Shown here: piece by piece, positions 26,101 through 34,043 of the stretch
Layout: each line of letters begins with the position of its first letter
Numbering within the stretch: the first letter of the stretch is position 1
Assembly (NCBI RefSeq): GCF_027921745.1
Contig: NC_079238.1
Span: 4,216,001 to 4,280,000 of the forward strand
DNA from: Schizosaccharomyces osmophilus
Lineage: Eukaryota
Reading direction: 5' to 3'
DNA length: 64,000 nucleotides
Notes under the pieces: model-generated
Seen by the model: only the letters and a program-made list of their open reading frames with translations
What the model was told of the DNA's origin: nothing
Databases searched by the model: none
Position numbers and translations under genes: made by a program

Positions 26101-26467
26101 CTTCTTGTTGACAGCTATTGCAAATCAACTACGTTATCCAAGTAGTTATACATATTATGCCAGCTGTTTCTTTTTATACCTCTTCAAAAGTTCCTCAAAT
26201 ATTCCCCAAGAGCTGCTTATAAAGGAACAGATGACGATGGTTTTATTAGAAAGAATTATATGCAATCGTCCTCATCCATGGGGACTTTTAATCACTTTCA
26301 CTGAACTTTTAAAGAATGAAGATTATAATTTTTGGAAACATCCTTATATCCGACGAAATGACGAAATTAGAAGATTGTTTGATAGTCTTCATGAACATAT
26401 TATGGCCCCCTCGGCAAACATAATGAATGCAAGAGAAGAAGGAACAGAGATTATGGGTCAAGTCTAA
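20183..26467 (+). CDS. not1: CCR4-NOT scaffold subunit Not1
   Basis: ~2100-aa ORF with LFDEYRFFPDYP, LKNLGSWLG, FKPPNPW, LLHDFP, IANQLRYP and RPHPWGLLITF. Start taken at the first ATG. Confidence 0.96.
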   Translation: MSDMRDKSSSMSDSNHSLPLENKTTAPNDSKIESIVKAQILFLLSTLREDQYDTKLEQIRQLINKNAPGVYHHFLRRLVQGNSYRIFGTGKSSDGLATYKLLLDELKSLTKSWALARRFSDAISGSDSEVFEDFDIETFLNHFQFSPLERTNILIGLTTSIKPSLSKKASALLKEDFQPLLNQLSNPNLQPYMEKVDLDMLREGLFTSDYDRVPLIQVPKFDLVVEKRLANCRPLAALFGNLKNSKATLKTMKEAITKKYPPESVTESDVAFLINSLVAIHDYGSWDTVLMGKAIVSAFEHLDWESMLPMFDNPKFMVTGSPSLILFMTIFTNAFKLKQRIFTLDFLWNLWKNPLSQLSIISHIILTPISLFDIKGYNITPIVSAEDLDGYSEELVNYAKGYEQSNLNCLELVRVLLRLLTEVVTYETSLFLNFLDEKISAELLLLGTLQLSMPWNQVQESLAFQWCSDFFSNFPQHKFVFHRIEHTNPQFLFAFLRSLWLKDSLSIGQIVSFIVENNFVEHVNSIQPNRFALEIAALACARKAINFQAWLDGRLSEFEDAESLNIFLVEVLDFLMVHAALQKSPTENKEQVIPLSIDVVNILLTTLMDNVSISEEVSEHIKDVQILCLQVYPRLFALGHDRDDLIINVNGTNSFSPDVEAEVESFFQALYERKLSIGKIVLTLQTFKKSEDPRDLDLFACLQHSLFDEYRFFPDYPLEALALTAVLFGSLIQFDLLSFVPLGVALRYVYQALLMPTDTKMFRFGMQALVQFQDKLPKYINYCNLILGIPSLQLTRPDIYNSIKEMIASAETSTLEAEKEVVIPETSALPSPKLPSYSFVSIRVPALSFPSVSGEIQESVCDNILFALNNLSQLNFNEKLQTVKESLKPPYLAWFSHYIVTQRVSREANFLTLYSKFLEELKSNDLYKIVFRDTLQAALDILDLDSETLSSIEKSSLKNLGSWLGSITLARNKSITTMNVSFKDLLLEGVDSERIDRVLPFVCKVLEKVTSSDVFKPPNPWLMGILRLLVELYQFADFRLNMKFEIELLLQNINVKIEEIEPSELYRNHLIRKADLERDLPEDVGSQDLRSDANIIMQYIAAASPQIIVSDAVTQIFGKSKAAIKNSMHLIIQQSVLEIISAVVRRSVGISAITTESLIQKDFAAESNPSSLLLAARQMAKTLAGNLAMVTCREPLQMLMINNLRTMILQDVENVHAAVAQAIDELVLQNLFIASSIVETVASETAIAEIDAEIEPMIVERVHHRKTNPNVPFVDPAGAANLHLNLPGILKLSSDLAPQQFQLYENFDRLSLFTIMSNSGYGNVSEARSEVAEGSETPNESVNVPMEDEVNQAALNYARNLLMVIAQILQLSSQVPFTSMQEVPAEHEFHDLVNQFLTGVAAINHPIADHVFLLCAQECCRILLTESASPFILEVFCAILEYICQASKKTAISVSLYWNFSSDIEKLNLPVILSLIRFGILTTAEVDYHVARGIDGEQGKGPVTTFAIGLLNTAVSGENPMALPGNFVNSISSLYKHSPIFAGEVKEAYDQLFESMGKIASPAQDILAVLDNKEQLNDQMIIIFVSWVHLLRNSATDDALKAAFVYQLHKQGILGDLELAIQFFRCNLEAVLVAFLEAASANAPDYCNVDAFASLIVNVVKYSEAKSEESTSLTKSVFFRKIMALITGIFAELHNAMDEFVHQKTFFRLFSSILSELDESNDAFESNFSDIFIIILRSLLAVQPNYFPAFTFAWLSLISHAYLLPKILMANNEEINSLYSEILAAFLKFLSLKDGYDKAQFKLLYNGFLRIVLVLLHDFPGFLATHCYHLIPHIPLECVQLRNMILSAFPNDMHLPDPFAQGLKVGRLPEVACAPLISDNILSSLDDFGSQLSLDTCLISNKPADVGKLYLEAFSSLESSEELNEWANLFILWLIRFATKDLQLKQAPQFQPKSPECVIISTLNKHCNSRCRYFLLTAIANQLRYPSSYTYYASCFFLYLFKSSSNIPQELLIKEQMTMVLLERIICNRPHPWGLLITFTELLKNEDYNFWKHPYIRRNDEIRRLFDSLHEHIMAPSANIMNAREEGTEIMGQV

Positions 26468-26860
26468 AAACAGTGAATGTTTCTTAAGTTTAGTGGTTAT
26501 ACGTTAAACATATCAAAATGGAAACCCCTATTCTCGACTATAGAGATGTATGCATTTACTAGTGGTTATTTTGAAGAAGGAATGTGAAAAGAACCCTCAT
26601 TCGTTGATCCAATTTACGGATTATTTATTGTAAGATACGAAAGCATATAGATTATGACAATTGTTCAATATATTACCCAGTTTGAATGTAAAAAAGTGTT
26701 GTATAGATGTAAGCAAACAATAAAACAGAAGCATGCAAAGAAAACGAACGGGAGAAACAATTGAAAAGGTGGGAACATGAAAATATTTGAATAGAAAAAA
26801 ATAGAATCATTCTATATTAGTGCTATGTAGGAAAAAAGAATGAAGAGTATGGACGGATGC

Positions 26861-27517
26861 TTAGAACTTACTAAGAAGGAAGCTCTTGATCATACGAATG
26901 ACAGTAAAGTAAACGGTTTTGTAGAGAGTAGGGAAATCAAGTGTCGAAAAGAAGGTAGCAATAAACCCAAAAGGAAGCATACTGGGAATCCAGCCCTGGG
27001 CCAACTCAAGAGCAAAGCAGGGTTTACCAGAGGGCATACTGTATTGAGCGCTTTGTCCCCACTTGTGGTAATGTTGATCACCCGGACGGTATTCACGAGC
27101 TTCCAAGTCGTTAGCAGAAGCAGCAAGCTGACGGCCGATCAAGATTGTAAAGTAATCATCAGCCATGTGTAAACCGCTGTGACCCTCAGTTCCAATGGGA
27201 GTACCAAAGAAAATGAGGTACTCAGTGAAAGAAGCGTGAAGGATAAACATATTACCCATAGCACCACCAGCGTTGTTTTGGACCCACTCGTCGTCGTTCA
27301 TAGGGAAGATTAAATCACCATACTCAGCAATTAAACGCTTGTTTAAGTCGTACAATAATCCACGAGTATCATTTCCATAGAGCTCAATGGACTGTTGAGA
27401 CAGCTCTTGTAGTTTGGCGGGATCGAATCTGTAAAAGGAAGTTAGGTTTACTTGAATATAGTAAATGGCAGCAGCAATAGCTGGTAGCAAAAGTCCGAAT
27501 AACTTTAAGCACTTCAT
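26861..27517 (-). CDS. erg2: C-8 sterol isomerase (ERG2/sigma1 family)
   Basis: NNAGGAMG, LHASFTEYLIFFGT, GTEGHSG, DDYFTI and GWIPSMLPFG. Confidence 0.95.
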   Translation of the reverse strand: MKCLKLFGLLLPAIAAAIYYIQVNLTSFYRFDPAKLQELSQQSIELYGNDTRGLLYDLNKRLIAEYGDLIFPMNDDEWVQNNAGGAMGNMFILHASFTEYLIFFGTPIGTEGHSGLHMADDYFTILIGRQLAASANDLEAREYRPGDQHYHKWGQSAQYSMPSGKPCFALELAQGWIPSMLPFGFIATFFSTLDFPTLYKTVYFTVIRMIKSFLLSKF

Positions 27518-27746
27518 GATAGCAAGAAAGAAAAAAAGAACGAACGAAAAGTTGGTTTTATGTAAATCCGCATGTTTTCCAACGTGAACCTCTTAGCAGT
27601 ATCTTTTTGTTACCTGCAACGTTACCTATCAATCGTACGGTTTATACTGATGTTCCCTATTGATTTATTTATATTTGTTGTCTCAATACCTCGTTAAAGA
27701 AAATTTATTACGTATCTGTATAGCAATTTTTTTTGAGATATGTTGT

Positions 27747-27919
27747 TGTCACAGCAGAATACACCGTATAATATGACAATAAGTAAGTGAAATAGAATGG
27801 TAATTGCTTTTAGCGTTGAAAGAAGTACATTAAATAAGATACTAAATATCTGGATGGATGTACGCATATTGACAGTCTGGGATACATATGCGCGCCGAGT
27901 AAAACCATCAAATTTGACA
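27747..27919 (+). repeat. Possible LTR fragment (TGTCA...TGACA)
   Basis: Starts TGTCACAGCAGAATACACCGTATAATATG and ends TGACA. Weakly similar to minus-strand TGTTACAGC...ACGCTGTATTATCATATG at ~32024. No target-site duplication seen. Confidence 0.3.
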
Positions 27920-28009
27920 TTAGCTACAGTTTAAAGGATGTCGATAGGAATCGAAGCTGTTGTATGAAGTTTGTCGGTGGAAGGCGTCTATTGTATAGAC
28001 ATTCTACAT

Positions 28010-31000
28010 CTATATTTCCCTCAGTTTGAAACATTTGCTTGAAACACTGCCTGTAAGATTTATATAAAAGGGCTCCAATCCAGAGATACGAAAACTAGAA
28101 GGATAGTGACTTCGAGCATTTTTGGGAAATGTAGCATGTAATTGTGATCTCCAACTATTCTCGAGTCTAAAATTCGGCACATGTTGCATCCAATATATAT
28201 ATTTCTGATGGAATAATCCAACTTTTTCGTTATACCAATACTTGATCGCTGGGTTTGAAAGCATGAGATCTTTTTTGGATTATAGTATTCTGCGTAATTT
28301 TTATGTTAATATGGATCCGCTCATGCATCTCCCCAGCAGTATGAAGATGGTCTTGTTTTAGGTTAATACCTGTCACTCGATGCACTTGGATATCCCAATC
28401 GTTGGTTACTGCTGGTCGTCCATAAGCACTAGTGTAAGGCGCAATTTCTGAAACTGAATGATGTGCTGAATTGTAGCGCAACTGTGCTTTAGGAAGTTCA
28501 TATACCCACTTATTTGACAGTTCGTTTGTATAATAACAAAGATGATATAAGATTTATGCGATGATTCTTGGCAAAACGTCGCGTTTTCAAAAGGAAAAAC
28601 TACTATTCGTATGTACTTTACCGCGTTATTTCTCATACAGACTCCTCTTTATGGTGATCTTATGTTATAGCAATGTCTTCATCATTGCCATCGGGCTCTC
28701 CAAGGATAGCACAGTTATAATTTTTGCCTCTCTTGTTCTTACAAGTGTGTGCCCTTATACAAAGGCTCCTGGGCCTAGTGATGGAATTACAAGCGTCAGA
28801 ACAAATTCGTTGCAACAGTTCTTGTGTAATTTCCTTGCTCCAGTGTATTAATGATGTCGTCTCAAGTGATATTTCCTTCCTCAACTCCTCGTGCGTATAC
28901 TACATTGTCCATTAATTTGTATATTGTCATAGTAACTCAACCAAAGGTCAAGCAAATGATGGTAAATAAACTGTGCTGGGTATGATACTATGATGAAAAT
29001 AAGGCGTGTTCCACTTCTTTGATATTATCTGGATATCTATAATCACACCCATTCTAATAAAAGTTTTCTCTTGTTCGGTTTGTGGTAGAAACTTTTCCAC
29101 GATGTCCTTTTGAAGTTGGCTGGCCATGAAATTCCTTGCTAAGAACCTGAATTATTTGTGTACTTTTGGGACCAATATTTGCCCAAAGTCATGCATAATA
29201 GACCATTACTTATTGTATAATCGGTATTTCCGTTTGTTCTATTATGGATATCTTTTAATTCTTGGTTACAAAGATATTCCTTTCGTATATCGGCGAAAAT
29301 GTTCGTGATATAACCAGTTACTAGTGCATGGATAAAGTTTGAACTTTCAAATAATATCTTTGTGACAGAGCATCCGCTGGTTCGTCCTTGCGTCCTGTCG
29401 ATGTTGAGTTTCAAACTAATACGAGTCTAGTTAGGTAGCTCATCTGTGCAATCTCGCTCTGGCATCCATCATATCTTCGTGAACATGGATCAGTCAAAGT
29501 TTTAAGCGGTTCATCAGTGTCCGCTAGAATGTGATACCATTTGCGGAGAGTTGTTATAACGGCATACACTTCTTTCTCCTATGTTGGCTAAACCTTTAAA
29601 TGATCTGTAAATGAAGCGGAATGAAATGCAGTTGGGTGACGAATTCTATCATCTTGCTTTTGGGATAAGTTAGCTCCTATATCGTAATCTGAAGCACTGA
29701 CCAGTAAAGTTTCTCTCACAGGTTTATAAAGCCTAAGAATAGAAACATTTTCAAGCGTTAGCTTGATACAAAATTTTGTAGATGGCAATTTGTCCATTTA
29801 AAGATTGCATTTTTTTTCTCGAGCCATACAAAGCTCTGGTCATTTTGGATTAATCAGGCATGGATTGTCTAGAATAATTAACAAATCTTAAGAATGATCA
29901 CAATTTTCTTACAGTATTGGGTTGAGGCAAATCTTTGATTTCTTGAATACTTCCTTTGTCAACTTCCATGCCTTTATCGGAGAGTACGTGAACAAGAAAA
30001 TTCACCGTATCCTGAAAAAAAATAGACGCTTGTCTACATTGGCTTCTCTCAATTTCTGTGAGGCTTTTCGTACATGAGAATGATGGTCCATTATTGACGA
30101 TACAAAAATTTGAATGTCGTTTCAATAGATGATGACAGAAATGTCAATATAGGATGGAACACTCCATTAATATGTCTATGTCTTTGAAAGTTCGCTGGTG
30201 CATATGTGATTTCAAATGGCATTACTGTATATTCATATGATCCAAAAGGTGTTCTGAAAGTACTTTTATACTCGTCACTTTTTTTGATTCTGGGCAAATA
30301 ATACGCATCTTTTAAGTCTATTGTTGCGAAAACTATGACGCTGCTCAAGAAGTGAACGTCAACTTTCCTGTGATTTCTAACATATGTTCGATGATTCCTG
30401 CAAATGTTCGATCTTTTCTGTCAAAACGGTGTGTATTTCTTTTCACTACATGTTCTCACTATAGAGGCATCTGCTCCAGAATCTAGAAATACTTCAGTAT
30501 TGAATTTATCTACTTTAATTTCTGAAATTAAGAGCGACCTCCCTGCTGCGATATTGATGAAGTATCAGAGTTCCTTAACAGAAACAGTCCTTATTTCTTG
30601 TGTGGGATAACGGTCCGCTGATCATTCTGACTTCTTTAACTTTGCTCGGTTATCATCGTATTTCTCCATTCCTTCATTCTTTAAAGATTTTTCGTTGAAA
30701 CGTTTCGCTGATGGTGATCGTCGCCTATGGTTTTTCTCATGTTTTCGTGCATTATCATAACGAAAATTCTCCATTGTAATTTTAATTTCTACTTTAGAGT
30801 CTCCGTTTTCCGAATCGTTTCGAAGTTCTTTCTTTCTAATAGCGAAAGGTTGCATCAGGAAAGTAAGCATCTTTTCTAGTGTTCCCTATCTAACTTTTAG
30901 GCTAAGTTCCTTTATTCCTCAATATTTATTTCCAGTCTTGACGATTGATGCGCGAGTCTATTTACGTGTGCCAACCAGGAAGTGCATTGTTCATTGGAAT

Positions 31001-31701
31001 GAACTTGATCATAAACGTTGTGAATTGTTCTTATGAGGTTCCGGTTTCTTTACTAAATTACGTATCTTTTCTCTAGGATTTTGAGGAGATCTAGTATATA
31101 GATATTCTACGTTCTCGCTGTTATGGACAAACACTTTAGGCATCGTAGCGAACGCATTCTTGAATTCCTCGAGGAAATCTTCTCTCAATTGTTTTCCTGA
31201 GATATATTGATAAGGTTCGTCTTGATAAAACTTATCCAGATAAAATGAAGTGTTTTCTCCCTACGCTTTTATGGTCGTCGTAACAATGTTGATATTTTCT
31301 TCCGAAAGATAATCTTCATCAGTTCTCGTTTGAGCTGCAGGTGTTTTCCGTGTTTTTTCATTTTGCCCAGTCTTTGGTTCACCCAATTCACGGTGGATAG
31401 TTGAATAATGTCCGTTTCTAAAAGAATAAGAGTTTGATAAAGAGTGCCCTGGTGAACTAATTGAGAATGTTATTAAACATATATATGAGCTCTTCCAACA
31501 AGTATCATCCTAACTGAAGACTTTGCCTGGGAATAGCTGGTGCTTATATAGTAGTTATAAATTGGATACTAAAAGAACAGTATAACTAAAAATAAGAACT
31601 TTAACTTCTGTTATTACCATGAAAAGTCCAAAATTGAGTTGTACAAGGATATACTGGTTAGTGTCATAATCCATATACAATATTACTAACGTCTTGATAC
31701 A
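28010..31701 (-). mobile_element. Degenerate Ty3/Gypsy (Tf/sushi-like) LTR retrotransposon: 5' LTR remnant, gag, PR, RT, RNase H and IN fragments
   Basis: Protease FLDSGADA (LDSGA at 30472-30486). RT IDLKDAYY...FRTPFGSYEYTVMPF..APANFQ, with YxDD decayed to Y*ND (30116-30127). RNase H ASDYDIGANLSQK and EKEVYAVITTLRKWYHIL. Integrase YNSAHHS..PY...FKPSDQVLV. The order PR-RT-RH-IN is Ty3-type. Many stops and frameshifts. Confidence 0.92.
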
Positions 31702-32074
31702 CTTATCGGATTGTTGTAAAATAATACAGAAGAATACCTTTTTTACAATAAACAACGAAAGTTTTAACAAAGAAATCTACTTATCTACTTTTGAAGAAAC
31801 AATTTTACCTACTTTGGAAGATAAATATATCTCCAGTTGGAAGTAGGAATCTTCAGACTGGAAGATTCGACTGATCTGGCTTACCAAATTAAATTATCAT
31901 TTAGCTACTCAAGTCACTTCTAGAAGACATCAAGTAGAGTCCATTCCATACAATAAAACTAATTCAGCCCATAAACTCATACACTCAGCCATATGATAAT
32001 ACAGCGTAAAGCCCCAGCTGTAACAATTATCCTTTTAAACTGAATAGAGTAGTAGTATTATAATGTCTCTGACA
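31425..32074 (-). repeat. 5' LTR remnant of the element plus adjacent LTR-like fragments
   Basis: 31448-31552 (minus) aligns by eye with 33666-33768 (plus): ACTATATAAGCA.CAGCT...TTAGGA.GAT...TGGAAGAGCT...ATAACAT...ATTAGT...CACCAGG. The minus strand at 32074 begins TGTCAGAG, like the solo LTR. Confidence 0.6.
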
Positions 32075-32399
32075 GTAAACAAACTATGGAAGATGTGAAC
32101 TTTTGAGTTTAAATGACAAGTGACCGCCTTTGACTATTGAAACCTAGAGGCTTTCATTAGCTTGTTTATTATATTTTTGAAGTTATAATTTTGTTTTTTA
32201 GTGAGGTAACAAATTATTAAAACGACTAAAATCTACTAATTCTACGAATTTGGTTGCTTTTTACACTTAATATGTATAATCATGAACTGGCTTTGATAAT
32301 TCGTAGCCTTTTCGGTAATGACAAGTACTAAACAGTTTATCATGAAATGCATTCTTGCCTGCTTAAAGAAATCATTTCGTATGCAACTAAAGTTTGTAT

Positions 32400-33186
32400 T
32401 TAGAAATGGTTGAAATCAATGGTTTCAAAGATGCCGCTCGCTTTGTCGGCTTGTAGTTACCAACTAAATGTCATAGTAAACAAAATTGTATTCTTGACTA
32501 ATGCTGCTTGTAAGCTAGCGGGCAATACATTGACATACACATATTATGTACCACCAGAGTTTTTATGAAGTTTGCGACCCCATCAAGAGCTTTTTTTGTT
32601 CTTTACAAACAACTTATCATAATTTACTAGTAGCAGGTCAGTAATCTGATATATATTATATCCATCGCATCTTACCTAACAGAAATACTAACAAGAGTAC
32701 ATTCCAAACACCCAAAATTGTCCAAGAAACTGCCTTTTTTGGTGCTGTTTCTGTAAAATAACATAATATCAAACCAAGGATTAAGCTTATAGTAGAACCA
32801 AAAAACAAACTGTCAATCATTACTTCCCACCAAGGCATATGATTCTTAGCGATTTCTCTACCAGATTCTAAATCAACGTTGTAGGGCAAATCTAGTTGAT
32901 TAGTAATGAATAGCTTACTAGATGATTTCTTGGGTTTGGAAAATAATGAGAAAGTTGTGTGCTTTTTTTTTTTGAACATTTATCTTCCTTTCCCTATTCA
33001 ACATGTCTTACCTGAGTATGGAGGCGGCAAGCTATTTGGATGGCTTTGAGTATCTGGCCTTTCATGATACAACGCCTTGGGGAAGTCAACAGGACTATAA
33101 ACAGGAGCATTATTTTCTGGGGTTTCATTATTGAGTGTCTTGACGGAGACATCAGAACTCGAAACAGGAGCTATAGCGTCTGTCAT
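32400..33186 (-). pseudogene. wtf: wtf-like gene, truncated/frameshifted (exons 33186-33012, 32891-32676, 32626-32583 stop; remnants to ~32400)
   Basis: Splices to 144 aa: MTDAIAPVSSSDVSVKTLNNE...LPPPYS/DLPYNVDLESGR...two hydrophobic segments.../VNYDKLFVKNKKSS*. Exon 1 and the upstream sequence are homologous to the gene at 61956. Removing one A from the A7 run extends exon 3 to a GTATGT donor and a last-exon remnant (QSERH). Confidence 0.75.
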
Positions 33187-33495
33187 CTTAAAGTCCAAAA
33201 GATAGAAAATTCCAACTTCTAGTGCTGAGGAATTGAAAAGAACTACCAAGGAAAGAACGTCGTAATTGCTTCAACTTTTCGAGAATTGGCCTGGAAAAGA
33301 ATTGGCCCTATAGTCAATGACACAGACGAAATTTCCTAAAAAGTATTCGATAGAATTAAAAGCAAAACCCTCACATTTTTCTTATAAAGCAGCAGTATGT
33401 AGTATTTGTCAATGCCATGTCATGTCCGTCACAAATGTGTTTTGCTAGCATTACGACTTCTGTACCAAACCGTTGTATAAGAATATTGTTGTCGG

Positions 33496-33896
33496 TGTCA
33501 GAGGATTCTCTTATACTATAAATAATTGATAATGATTATACTAACAAGTATAATATCGTATTAATTGACTTAAACACAAACATACTAAAATCTTTCTGGA
33601 AGATCCAGAGTTTGCAAGCTGCTAATTTTTAGCTAGACTGCCCTTGTAATTGTCTATTTAGAGTCACTATATAAGCAACAGCTGGTCCAAACAAAATATC
33701 CAATTAGGAAGATTTTTGCTGGAAGAGCTAATACCGTTGCTGATAACATATTCATTAGTCTCACCAGGCAGTTTCTGTACACCCATTCATCCGTATATGT
33801 AGTAAATAATTTAAAACTACTTATTCTAACGTCAAAAGCATTTACCATTGTATTCCACTTGCTTTGTCATATTATACTAAGTATTTTCCCGTGACA
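33496..33896 (+). mobile_element. Solo LTR, 401 bp
   Basis: TGTCA...TGACA termini, internal TATATAAG, and similarity to the LTR remnant at 31448-31552 in the opposite orientation. Flanks TCGG/TCGA are at best an imperfect TSD. Confidence 0.75.
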
Positions 33897-34043
33897 TCGA
33901 GTTTACCATATAATAAAATCCTTTGCTGGCTTGCTATTTTTCACATACAAATGCACTTCTTGTTTTGAAAGACAGGGTTCTGATACTTACGGTTGGATCG
34001 CTCTTTTTTCGACGTTTCAGATGTGCTCAAAACCTTAAATAAA

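Noticed and set aside
33654..33848. 64-aa hydrophobic ORF (and the one at 31555-31770)
   Set aside because: Both lie inside LTR sequence, have no family motifs and are probably chance.
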